Source: Squalus acanthias
Lineage: Eukaryota
Assembly (NCBI GenBank): GCA_030390025.1
Contig: CM059441.1
Location: 62,434,001 to 62,498,000, forward strand
Reading direction: 5' to 3'
Length of the DNA stretch: 64,000 nucleotides
A program made the position numbers and the translations under genes. Under the pieces are notes generated by a model. The model did no database searches and was not told the DNA's origin. It saw only the letters and a program-made list of their open reading frames with translations. Shown here piece by piece: positions 52,808 through 63,828 of this stretch (the first letter of the stretch is position 1; the number at the start of each line of letters is the position of its first letter).

Positions 52808-53768
52808 AGATAGAGCTTACATTACTATAGCACTTTTCAGGAGGTCCCAAAATGCTTCACAGCCAATGAAGTACTTTTTAGTCACTGTTGTACTGTTGGG
52901 AAATGTGGCAGACAAATTGCGCACAGCAAGCGCCCACAGACAGCAATGTGACAATGACCAGATAATCTCTCCTTTGGTGATGCTGGTTGAGGGATAAATA
53001 TTGGCCCCAGGACACCGGGAAGAACTCCCCTGCTTTTCTATGAAATAGTGGCCGTGAGATATATTACGTCCACCTGAGAGGGCAGACGGGGGCCTCGGTT
53101 TAACGTCTCATCCCGAAAGAAGGCACCTCCAACAGTGCAGCACTCCCTCAGTACTGCCCCTCCGACAGTGCAGCGCGCACTCAGTACTGCCCCTCCGATA
53201 CTGTAGTGCTCCCTCAGTACTGCCCCTCCGATAGTGCAGCACTCTCTCAGTACTGCCCCTCCAACAGTGCAGCGCTCCCTCAGTACTGCCCCTCTGATAG
53301 TGCAGCACTCTCTCAGTACTGCCCCTCCAACAGTGCAGCGCTCCCTCAGTACTGCCCCTCCGACAGTGCAGCACTCCCTCAGTACTGCCCCTCCGAAAGT
53401 GCAGCAGCTCCCTCAGTACTGCCCCTCCGACAGTGTAGCGCTCCCTCAGTACGGCCCCTCCGACAGTGCAGCGCTCCCTCAGTACTGCCCCTCCGACAGT
53501 GCAGCGCTCCCTTAGTAATGCCCCTCCGACAGTGCAGCGCTCCCTCAGTACTGCCCCTCCGACAGTGCAGCGCTCCCTCAGTACTGCCCCTCCGACAGTG
53601 CAGTGCTCCCTCAGTACTGCCTCTCCCACAGTGCAGCTCTCCCGCAGTACTGGCACCGGGGAGATTTGGACTGGATTACGGGGCTCAACTCTCTGGTATG
53701 GGGTCTCAAACCCACTACCTTCTGACTCAGTGGCGAGAGAGAGAGTGCTAACCAACTGAGCCATGGCT
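52808..53768 (-). mobile_element. Second SINE of the same family, inverted, with ~16 copies of the 33-bp unit (53125-53651)
   Basis: Reverse complement of head (agccatggctcagttggttagcac), array, body and tail. Confidence 0.88.
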
Positions 53769-53975
53769 AAGAACATTAAACGTATAAATGATGGAAGGGG
53801 TATTTGGGAAGTCCTGAGGTCGTGCTATATAAAGGCAAGTTCCTTCTTTCTGTTTCATTTACACTTTGTAAATAAAGGACAGGTTTCTAAAATCCCTAGC
53901 AATTGCTATCTGTCTACTGCACATTGTTGAATCTCTTTCAAATTAGCGTTATAATAGCCATGGGCAGACGCTCAC

Positions 53976-54281
53976 CTTTTCCATTGACAGACTGTATTTC
54001 CAACTGCATCTGTGATGGTGGGCGACCTTGAGAATTCGCCACAGAGCAGTTTATCATCTCCATGGTCAAGTTGGTCCCACTGATGGTGAGTGTGTTAGTT
54101 ACCAAGGGTCCGGACCTGATGCACTGTGTCTCGTAGACCCCGCCTGATCCAGTCACCGCAATGCTCCTTCCAGGCAAATGCCACTTGACATCAACAGATG
54201 AGTTGGATTGGACGACACAAAGGCAGGTCACGTTGGTCAGGTACCGCGTGCATTTCGACTCTGACAGTATGACTGCATCAT
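53976..54281 (-). CDS. Membrane-proximal Ig exon (MAG domain-5-like) of the Siglec/MAG-like gene
   Basis: Acceptor atcttacAG, donor G|gtgagc. 306 bp, phase 1-1. YDAVILSESKCTRYLTNVTCLCVVQSN matches the MAG D5 pattern (VLLLESHC...VQCLCVVKSN). Confidence 0.9.
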
Positions 54282-54334
54282 CTGTAAGATCTGATTTGAG
54301 AAAAAGCCCATTAAATTATCCAGTTTCAGTAGAC

Positions 54335-54915
54335 AGGTACACGAAAGCAATCGAACATGGTCTTTATCTCGAGGGTTGGAATACAAAGGGGAGGAAGTTC
54401 TGCTGAGCCTTGTACAGAGCCTTGGTCAGACCATATCTGGAGTATTGCCTTCAGTTCTGGACACCGTACCTCAGGAAGGATATATTGGCCTTGGAGGAGT
54501 TGCAGCACAGATTCATCACAATGATACCAGGGCTTAAATTATGAGGACAGGTTGCAGAGGCTAGGCTTGCATTTTCTCAAGAATAGAAGATTAATGGGTT
54601 ATCTAATTGAGGTGTTTAAGATGTTTAAAGGATTTGATAAGGTAGATAGAGAAAAACTATTTCCTCTGTTGGGGTGAGTTCAGAACAAGGGGACACAATC
54701 TTAAAATTAGAGCGAGGCCGTTCAGGAGTGATGTCAGAAGCACTTCTTCACACACAGGATAGTGGGAATCTGGAAATCGCCCCAAAATGCAGTGGATCAA
54801 TTGGCGCTTTCAAGATTGAGATCGATAGATTTGTTGGGTAAGGGTATCAAGGGATATGGAGCAAAGGCAGGTAAATGGAGTTGAGGTACACATCAGCCAT
54901 GATCTAATTGAATGG
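54335..54915 (+). mobile_element. CR1 3' fragment
   Basis: YRALVRPYLEYCLQFW and RTRGH remnants, CR1 3' UTR. Confidence 0.8.
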
Positions 54916-55169
54916 CTTGACTGACTGGCTAATTGAATGACTGGGAGTGCGGCCTGGATTATAGGGCTCCAGTCTCTGGATTGGGAGATCTCCCGAGGTC
55001 GTAAAAGGCGCCATATTCATGCAAATTCTTTCTTTCTTCTATTTGAACTTAAAGTTTTGTCATTTGAGAGTGTCTTAAGAATTCTGAATTACGGAACAAA
55101 ATATTCGGTTCATTTTGGATCAACGTCAAAATGCAGGAATTTTTAAAAATCAAACTTAAAAGTACTCAC

Positions 55170-55427
55170 ATTCGGTGGGAATTTTAACGGGCGGAGACCG
55201 TGAGCTGCCCAGGGCACTTGTTGCTTTGCAGTAGTAGGAGATTTCCTCTCCGATGCCAAAGGGAACAGTAATAGTTTGAACAACTTTTCTCAGATCAGTA
55301 TCTTTTCCGTGGGAGACCTTGGACCAGGAGAAACTGTGGACTGCTGGGTTACCCTCACTGGAACAACTCAGGGAAATCATATTTCCTTTTATGAATGTCA
55401 TTCTGACGAGAGTGTTTTGAGGAAAGT
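55170..55427 (-). CDS. Ig C2-set exon (domain 3) of the Siglec/MAG-like gene
   Basis: Acceptor ttgtatttctaAG, donor T|gtgagt. 258 bp, phase 1-1. YFPQNT...ISLSCSSEGNPAVHSFSW...YYCKATSALGSSRSPPV. Confidence 0.9.
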
Positions 55428-55469
55428 CTTAGAAATACAAAAGTTATCAACACATTAATATACTGAGCT

Positions 55470-56005
55470 AAAGTCAGGAGTGTGATGGAGTGCTCACCAC
55501 TTGCCTGGAGGGATGCATTCTGAAAAAACGCTCAAGAAGCTCGACACCATGCAGGACAAAGCAGTCCACTTGATCAGCAACCCATCCACCACCTTAAAAT
55601 TCACTCCCTCCACCACCGGCGCACCGTGGCTGCAGTGTGTACCACCTACAGGATGCACTGCAGCAACTCGCCAAGGCTTCTTCAACAGCACTTTCCAAAC
55701 CTGCGATCTCCACACCCAGAAGGACAAGGGCAACAGGCGCATGGGAACACCATCGCCTCCAAATTCCCCTCCGAGTCACGCACACACCATCCCGATTTGG
55801 AGATATATCGGCAGTTCCTTCATCGTCACTGGGTCAAAAACCTGGAACTCTCAACCTAACAGCACTGAGGGAGCACCTTTGCCATCGGAACTGCAGCGGG
55901 TCAAGAAGGCAGCTCACCACCACCTTCTCAAGAGGCAACTGGGGATGGGCAATAAATGCCAGCCTTGCCAGCGAAGCCCACATCTCGAGAATGAATTAAA
56001 AAAAA
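55470..56005 (+). mobile_element. 3' end of the second LINE family (same as 40750-41240)
   Basis: gtcaggagtgtgatggagtgctcaccacttgcctgg... and the 3' end gatgggcaataaatgc are shared with 40757-41205. Confidence 0.85.
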
Positions 56006-56144
56006 GAGTGATCCCAAGGGAGTTTAACATTTAATATGTGAGTCTCAGACTTTGACTGGGGAGGCATACAAGCTGGGACTGGATAGAGCTCCAACACTAG
56101 CACGTGTACAAACTGCTCTGTGTTCCTGTTTAGAGACTGATTTT

Positions 56145-56600
56145 ACATAGAATGTACAGCACAGAAACAGGCACAACTGGTCCATGCCGGTGTTTATGCT
56201 CCACACGAGTCTCCTCACACCCTACTTCCTCTCACCCTATCAGCATATCCTTCTATTCCTTTCTCCCTCATGTGTTTATCTAGCTTCCCCTTAAATGTAT
56301 CTGTGCCATTCGCCTCAACCACTCCATGCGGTAGCGAGTTCCACATTCTCACCAGTCTCTGGGTAAAGGAATTAGTGACTAACCTATATTTTTTGCCCCA
56401 AGTTTTGGACTCCCCCCACAAGTGGAAACATCTTCTCAACGTCGACCCTATCGAACTACTTCATAATTTTAAAGAGCTCTATCAGGTAACCCCTTAACCT
56501 TCTCTTTTCCAGAGAAAAGAGCCCCAGCTTGTTCAGTCTTTCCTGATAATAATCCCTCAGTTCTGGTACCATCCTTGTGAATCTTTTTTTGCACCTTCAC
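56145..56600 (-). mobile_element. CR1 3' fragment
   Basis: FTQRLVRMWNSLPHGVVEA...FKGKLDKHM on the minus strand. Confidence 0.8.
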
Positions 56601-56616
56601 GAGTGCCCCATTTAAT

Positions 56617-57343
56617 GGCCCAAAAATTAGTGCCGCTACGCGAGAGTACGCACTGTGTACTCTCGCGTATTCTGTCTCCAATTGCTGGTTTTCTGCATGC
56701 ACTGCGCATGCGCTGAAAACCGGCACTTGGTGATTTCAAAAGGGGGCGGTTCCTAAGTGAACCGCGTGCGCGCTACAGGCTGCGCGCACGCAGTGCACTT
56801 CGTGCTTTGAACGCGCAGGTAAGTATGGAAGATTTTGCACATAAAGAAAGGAGGCGTAAGAGCCTCTTTTAACAAGGTAAGTAGTTAATTAAGTATTATT
56901 TTGAATTTTTTTCAACAGGTATATCTTTTTTAGAGACTTTAAAGAAAGGTAAGTTTATTTTTATAACTTTTTAAAAGATTTTAAATTTTTTGTTTAAAAT
57001 GGTTAATTTATTTAACTATACTTATTTTATTAATGTGATGGTTTTTAAAAAAAATTTAATTGAGGTTTAGCTGATCTTTTGGGGGGGTATAGATTCATAG
57101 CTTTCACAGCACTTGTTGTGAAAGCTATGAATGAAAGATGGTGTGCTGCCATTGGCTCTAACTGAGTCACGTGATCCCACAGCTCGCACGAATTAACTGC
57201 GCCTGTGGGATACGGAAGCCCTGCACAGCTGCTGTCCAGAACATCAAGTTCGTGCGAGCTGGGAATGAAAAAGCCGGCGCGCAGCGAGAGATCGCGGGGA
57301 AGCATTACCCTCGCACGAAGGCTCCCTCACTAATTTTTGGGCC
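56617..57343. mobile_element. PIF/Harbinger-type MITE with perfect 16-bp TIRs
   Basis: TIR GGCCCAAAAATTAGTG (56617-56632) / CACTAATTTTTGGGCC (57328-57343). TSD AAT on both sides. GC-rich subterminal regions and AT-rich core. Confidence 0.93.
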
Positions 57344-57398
57344 AATATGTGACCAACTGCACCTGTAACACAAACAAGACTTGATAGCCAATACTTAC

Positions 57399-57687
57399 AT
57401 TTTACACTTAAGGTGACGGAGTTCACCAGTCGATGGCTGGTTTCAGGGTAGTCGGACGTACAGTGAACAGTTAGCCCGTGATGCTTGAATGAAGGGTTAA
57501 AGGTCAGCACAGTGGAAACCTCGCCACTGCTCTTGGTAATGGTGTTGACAGTGGAATCTGGCAATTCACTCCAGGTTAGAATGGGACGATTATCAGGGCA
57601 GGCATAGAGGGATTTGCAGATTATATTTCGCGGGTGTCCCTTCGCTTATATCCTCCGGGAGTGATATGTCGGGTCTATCCGGAACAT
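57399..57687 (-). CDS. Ig domain-2 exon of the Siglec/MAG-like gene, carrying a +1 frameshift
   Basis: Acceptor tattgtccAG, donor T|gtaagt. 289 bp (3n+1). Removing one base at 57626-57628 gives HVPDRPDISLPEDISEGTPANIICKSLYACPDNRPILTW...LTFNPSFKHHGLTVHC...TLSVKY, a typical Siglec D2. Confidence 0.88.
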
Positions 57688-57779
57688 CTGGACAATAAGA
57701 AAGATACAGAGGTTGGCAGTCAAACAGATCAGAGCCGTCGATCCAATGATTCGCTTGGGCTTGTCCTATGCTTTTCACA

Positions 57780-58400
57780 GAATCATAGAAACTTACAGCA
57801 CAGAAGGAGGCCATTTGGCCCGTCATGCCTGTGCTGGCTCTTTGAAAGAGCAGTCGTGCTCAGTCCCACATCTCGCTTTTTGTCCGTAACCCTGTGAGTT
57901 CCTCATCCTCAAGAACCCGTCCAACTCCCTTTTAAAATTATTGATGGAATCAGCTTCCACCACATTTTCAGGTCGAGCGTTGCAGATCCAGACAACTCTC
58001 TGAGTGAAAATATTTCTCCTCATCTCCCCTCGAGATCTTTTGCCAATGATTTTGAATCTATGACCTCTGGTTATTGATCCACGCGCCAGAGGGAATAATT
58101 TTTCTCTACTTGCTCTATCAAAACCTCTCATTATCTTGAAAACCTCTACTAGGTCACCTCTTAACCTTCTCTGTTCCAAGGAGAACAGTCCTAACTTTTC
58201 CAACCTCTCCACATAACTGAAGTCCCTCATCCCTGGTAACATCCTGGTAAACCTCCTTTGTACCCTTTCTAAGGCCTTTACATCTTTCCTGACGTGTGGG
58301 GCTCAGAATTGTCCACAATACTCCAGCTGAGGCCGAACCAGTGATTTATAAAGTTCGAGCATGACCTCCTTGCTTTTGTACTCTGTGCCTCCTCGATCTC
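57780..58400 (-). mobile_element. CR1 3' fragment
   Basis: ORF 57823-58242 LEQRRLRGDLVEVFKIM...TRGHRFK. Confidence 0.85.
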
Positions 58401-58574
58401 TGAAGCCCAAGGAGCTTCACATGCTTATCTCATCTTCTGGTCAATCTTGAACCTCGGGCTTCTCAAAAAGGGAAGGACTGCTCCTGACGCAGTTGCTGAG
58501 GGCAATGTTTTGGCAAACTGATTTTGCATTCCCCGCGTTGACATCCCACAACCTGTTCCAGCAAAGTGACCGAA

Positions 58575-58988
58575 CTAAAAGAAAGTCTTACATTTCTATA
58601 GCACCTTTCACAACCTCAGTATGTCCCAAAGTGCGTTACAGCCAATTAAGTAGTTTTGAAGTGTAGTTACTGTTGTAATGTAGGAAACGCAGTAGCCCAT
58701 TTGCACAGAGCAAGCTCCCACAAACACCAATGTGACAATGACCGGATCATTTTTTTTTAGTGATATTGGTTGAGGGTTTAATATTGGCCCAGGACACTAG
58801 GGAGAACTTCCCTGCTCTTCTTCCAATCAACCTGAGAGCGCAGACGATGCCTCAGTTGAACATCTCATCTGAAAGAGTGTCAGCCTGGATTTTAAGCTCA
58901 AGTCTCCTGAAGTGGGACTTGAACCCACGACCGCACAGGCGAGAGAGCGAGAATGCTAAACCCATTGAGCCACGGTTGACACTGACAA
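58575..58988 (-). mobile_element. tRNA-derived SINE, internally deleted
   Basis: Reverse complement of head (gtgtcaaccgtggctcaatggg, gggttcaagtcccact) and tail. Confidence 0.78.
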
Positions 58989-59016
58989 ACTAAATGTCAA
59001 AGGAACTGAGACTTAC

Positions 59017-59373
59017 GGATAACCTGTAGCTGGACGGGTTCTGTGAAAGTATGATCCTTGAAGCCCTCCAAATCCACATAGAAGTAATACATGCCACTGT
59101 CATCGGGTCTGAGATTATTGATCCTCAAGGAGCAATTCTTCTGCTTCAGGTCTCCAACTATTTTGGCTCGTCCCACGAATTTGTCCATCGCATATTTGGG
59201 ATCTTTGGTGTAGTAGACTGTATACTTCCAGTAATACCAGTAGTTAAACCAGGCTCCATGCAGGGCTGTGTAAGGGTGTGAAGGAAAGTCGAAAGTACAG
59301 GGTATAACCACACAAGATCTGCTCACGGCCCTCCTCGGCAGAGCTCGGATGGACCATTCCTCCGACAACACGC
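59017..59373 (-). CDS. N-terminal V-set Ig exon of a Siglec/MAG (Siglec-4)-like receptor
   Basis: Acceptor ccttgttccttttcAG, donor C|gtaagt. 357 bp, phase 1-1. SCVVIPCTFDFP...HGAW...FVGRAKIVGDLKQKNCSL...DSGMYYF shows the Siglec Cys pattern (B-E intra-sheet disulfide, extra inter-domain Cys, no F-strand Cys). Confidence 0.93.
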
Positions 59374-59449
59374 CTGAAAAGGAACAAGGTGGGGGGAGAA
59401 GTGAATGAAACAGGGCACAACAAACAACATCAGACCTGCTTCTCCTTCT

Positions 59450-60218
59450 AACTGGCAACTGCCTGAGGCTGAACCAAACCTTGGTGTTGTATTTGACCCT
59501 GAGATGAGCTTCCGACCACATATCCCCTCCATCACCAAGTCCGCCTAATTCCACCTCTGTAACATCACCCGTCTCCACCCCTGACTCAGCTCATCTGCTG
59601 CTGAAACCATCATCCATGCCTTTGTTATCTCTAGATTCAACTCCTCCAAAGCTCTCCTGGTCGGCCTCCCATCTTCCACCCTCCGTAAACTTAAGGTCAT
59701 CCAAAATTCTGCTGCCAGCATAATAACTCGCCCCAAATCCCATTCAACTCTGTGCTCGCTGACCTACATTGGCTCCCAGTTGATCAACGCCTCGATTTTA
59801 AAATTCTCATCCTTGTTTTCAAATCCCTCCATGGTCTCACCCCCTCCCTAGCTCTGTCACCTCCTCCTGCCCGACAACCGCCTCCCCCCGAGATCTCTGT
59901 GCTCCTCCAATTCTGCCTTCTTGCGCATACCCCAATTTCCATCACTCCACCATTGGCGGTCATGCTTTCATCTGCCTTGGCACTAAACTCTTGAATTTCC
60001 TCCCTAAACCTCTCCGCCTCTCTACCTCCTCCTCCTCCTTGAAGGCGCTTCTTAAAACTTATCTCTTTGAGCAAGCTTTTTCGTCACCTGTCCTAATATC
60101 TCCTTATGTGGCTCGGCATCAATTTTTGTTTGATAACGCTCCTGTGAAGCGCCTTGGGACGTTTTACTACATTGAAGACACTTCATGAATACAAGTTTTT
60201 GTTGTTGTTGTTGTTGTT
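59450..60218 (+). mobile_element. L2-type LINE 3' end with (TTG)n tail
   Basis: LADLHWLPVDQRLDFKILILVFKSLHGL motif and short tandem tail. Confidence 0.85.
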
Positions 60219-60354
60219 GAAAGAGAGTTCTCTGATGCTTTGCTCTACCTGATCATTTGCGAATCGGCTGCCTCTTTTAGACACCCACTGCCCAAGATCA
60301 ATTTCACAGCCCCAAAGTCTCTTTATAATTCACTGGCTGCATCCTCCGCTGCAT

Positions 60355-60856
60355 GATTGTGGCCAATTCTGAGCGCCACACTTTAGGAAGGATGTAAGGC
60401 TTTGGAGAGGGTACAGAGTAGATTAACTAGAATGGTACCAGGGATGAGGGGCTTCAGTCAAGTGGACAGACTGGAGAAACTGGTGTTGTTCTCCTTAGAG
60501 CAGAGAAGTTTAAGGGGAGATTTGATAGAGGTGTTTAAAATTATGAGGGATTTTGATAGAGTAAATAAGGAGAAACTGTTTCCACAAGGGCACAGATTTA
60601 AGGTAATTGCCAAAAGAACCAGTGCAGAGATGAGGAAACATTTTTGGCGCAGCGAGTTGTTATGATCTGGAATGGGCAGTGGAAGCAGATTCAATAGTAA
60701 CTTTCCAAAAGGGAGGAGGATAAATACTTGAAGGGGAAGTATTCGCAGGGCTATGGGGAAAGAGCAGGGGGGAGTGGGACTAAATGGATAGATCTTCCAA
60801 ATAGCCGCCACAGGCATGATGGGCCGAAAGCTTCCTTCTGTGCTGTAAGATTCTAT
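60355..60856 (+). mobile_element. CR1 3' fragment whose GATTCTAT tail is split by the Harbinger element
   Basis: ERVQSRLTRMVPGM...RGDLIEVFKIM. Tail aagattctat resumes as tatgattctat at 63764. Confidence 0.82.
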
Positions 60857-63763
60857 GGCCTGGAAATTGGACATTGACTAAAACCAGCGCGACCTCGGGT
60901 TTACGGGCGCTGAAAATGGCTGCAGTGCTACCGGGCAAAAATTCACACTGGGGGCTAAAGATTATTAGCCCAGCGCTAACTTACAGTGTAAGCCACTCCT
61001 GGTGGCGTCAGTGGAGGCATCCGACCCGAAGTTACCATCCAGGAGTGGCGTTGCAGCTTCTTACAGCCCCTGGGAGCGAGGCTGTGGAGTTCGCAATGAA
61101 TTGTGGGCAATTAAAAGGGCAATGAATTAAAGGGGCAATGCGTTCAGAATGAATAAAAATTAAAATCAAGTGAATTTTTTTTATTTTTCAGCCCTTACTG
61201 CCTTTCAAAAAAAAAATTAACCTTAAAAAAACTCCCAAATGGGAGTCTTCTGCAGATAAAGCTGAATTCCCTTCCAAACCTCAAAAAATGGGCAAAGTGC
61301 TTCAGCACTAACACAAATGGCTCAGCAAGCCAAGGAAGGGTCACCCAGAGTCCCACACGCAGCACTCCAGCTTTTCACAGGAGGTCAACACTGCAAGAGA
61401 GTTCCCCTACACAGGGGCCAGGAGGCCCTCCAGAAAGAAGATGTGGGACCACATCACCGAGGCCGTCACTGCCAGCAGTGTCGCCCCCCCCCCCACCATC
61501 TGGCTCCAATGCCCAAAGGAGCGTCATGACCTCAGACCATTGGTCATAGTCAGTGAATGCATCTTCAAAAGCCATCTCCTAACAACTGAATCACTAGCCT
61601 CACACAGTGCTCAATGAACGACTTCACCCCCCCCCCTACCCACCCAATCACTTACCTACCAACAATCTTTATCAATCACGAGGCACATCTCCCATTCCTA
61701 GCCTCACCTCACCCCCTTGGAGGAGACGGAGCAGGCCATTCTTGGCAGGGGCATGGCTGAGCCCTTGGCCAGGGGCATGGCTGAGCCCTTGGCCAGCGGC
61801 GGGGCAGAAAGGATAAAAGATGCTGGTATCCTCTTATGTTATCCTCCTTCTGGCATGCACCTCTTGTTTTCCCACCCTCCCCTCACCACAACTCCACCCT
61901 TGTGCCTTCCTCATTTCACACACCCAAGAAATGCAGCCTGCCCAGCCAGTGGTTGACCAAGACGAGGAAGAGGAAAGTGAAGAAGAAGGAACACCGTCAC
62001 TTGATTTGACACTCCCAGTCACCAGCCCCTCAAGGTCGACCAGCAAGGCCATTTGCAGTGTCCCCCACTGAAAGTCAGCAGCCTTCCAGCAGCCATGCTG
62101 CAGCCAATGGGGTAGCACTGTGTGACATCAGTAGGATGGGCAAAGGCACACACAAGACAATGATTAAGAGAATGCATAAGGGTGATGAGTTGTTTTCTTG
62201 ATGTCATATTGGATGGATAGATGTATAAAGTTGGGTTGAAAAGTTTGCTTTGTGGTGGCTTTTACTTCAGCATTGTGGCCAAGAGGACGTTGTGATGGTC
62301 AGTAACAGAGGGAAGGTAAGGTGTGGGGCTAATATTAAAAGGGGAATTGGGTTTGTGGTCACTGTTACCGCAAGCGGATGACTCCATCCCGGATATCCCG
62401 GCCCGAAAGGGGCTGTCTGAGTTGCATCCTTCATTCTGCTTCCTCCTCTTCTGCTTCCTCCTCTTCTGCTTCCAGCTTCTTCCACTTCTGTGTCTTCTTC
62501 TACTGTGTCTTCCTCTTCCCTCTGCGACTGGATGCTGTAAATCTGAAATGACAGCATAAAATGCTGGAAATACTCAGCAGGTCAGGCAGCATCTCGACGT
62601 GAGGTTATTTCAAGGGGGATAGAGTATAAAAGTAGGGATGTCTTGCTACAACTGTACAGGGTGCTGGTGAGACCACACCTAGAGCACTGCATACCGTTTT
62701 GGTCCCCTTATTTAAGGAGGAATATACTTGCATTGGAGGCAGTTCAGAGAAGGTTCACTAGGTTGATTCCTGGGATGGAAGGGTTGTCTTATGAGGAAAG
62801 GTTGAGCAGGTTGGGCCTATACTCATTGGAGTTTAGAAGAATGAGAGGTGATCTTATTGAAACATAAGATTCTGAGGGGGTTGGACTGGGTAGATGCTGA
62901 GAGGATGTTTCCCCTCGTGGGGGGAATCTAGTACAAGGGGGCATGGTCTCAGAAAAAAGGTGTTGCCCATTTAAGACGGAGATGAGGAGGAATTTCTTCT
63001 CAGAGGGTCGTGAATCTTTGGAATTCTTTACCCCAGAGAGCTGTTGAAGCTGAGTCATTGAATATATTCAAGGCTAAGATCGACAGACTTTTGAGCAACA
63101 GGGTAGTCAAGGGTTTTGGGGAGCGGGCAGGAAAGTGGAGTTGAGGCCAAAATCGGATCAGCCATGATCTCATTAAATGGCGGAGCAGGCTCGAGGGGCC
63201 GAATGGCCTACTCCTGCTCCTATTTCTTATGTTCTTATGTGAACTCTGTTTTTCTCTCCATGGATGTTGCCTGACCTGTTGAGTATTTGCAGCATTTTCT
63301 GTCTTTTCAGAGGCCTTTCTTTACCATCCGAGGCCTTGCAAGTGTCCAGCAGCACTCCCAACAAACTTAATTTGTTTTAACATATATTGCAGCAAGCCAC
63401 TACTTTAATAAAATCAAAAAAAGTCCAGACGCTTAAATCCCAACTTACCTGAAAGATGTGTGTGCCCCTTTAAGAGGTGCTGACTGTGCCTCCATCAGTC
63501 TGCTTGCATGCTGGGTTTACATGGCGCATGCTTAGGACCCAGCGCTGAACTCGGCACTTGGGTCAAAGTTCTCCGTGGTGACGTTAAGTCGGCGTGTCAC
63601 CACAGCGCTATTTTTCTTTTCAGGGCGTTACTACTTACCAGCAGCGCTACCAGGACCATGAAAATGGCGGATGCCGCGGGACCCGCCACCAACTGGCGGA
63701 AGAGTGGCGCCCGCCGCTTTCTCCACATTAACGGGTGGCGATAAGATAGGGAATTTCTCCCCC
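60857..63763. mobile_element. Degraded PIF/Harbinger derivative with a Myb/SANT-like ORF remnant and nested insertions
   Basis: TSD TAT (60854-60856, 63764-63766). Imperfect termini ggcctggaaatt ... aatttctccccc. Remnants KKMWDHITEAVTASS...WLQCPKERHDL and PLEETEQAILG on plus (61317-61830). Confidence 0.7.
62600..63240 (+). mobile_element. CR1 3' fragment nested in a small palindromic repeat inside the Harbinger element
   Basis: LLQLYRVLVRPHLEHC...MRGDLIET and (TTCTTATG)n tail. Flanked by 36-bp inverted arms 62558-62593 / 63263-63298. Confidence 0.85.
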
Positions 63764-63828
63764 TATGATTCTATATCTGGTCACTTTATCATTTAATACC
63801 AAATAGGTTTCCCTACATTAAGTAGTTG

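Noticed and set aside
51169-53776. Long repetitive ORFs (up to 344 aa; mucin-like or Cys-rich)
   Set aside because: They arise from a stop-poor 33-bp (3n) SINE minisatellite open in several frames on both strands; no gene context.
58997-59578. 193-aa ORF as a single-exon protein
   Set aside because: The N-terminal part is antisense L2 and intron sequence; only 59017-59373 is a bounded exon.
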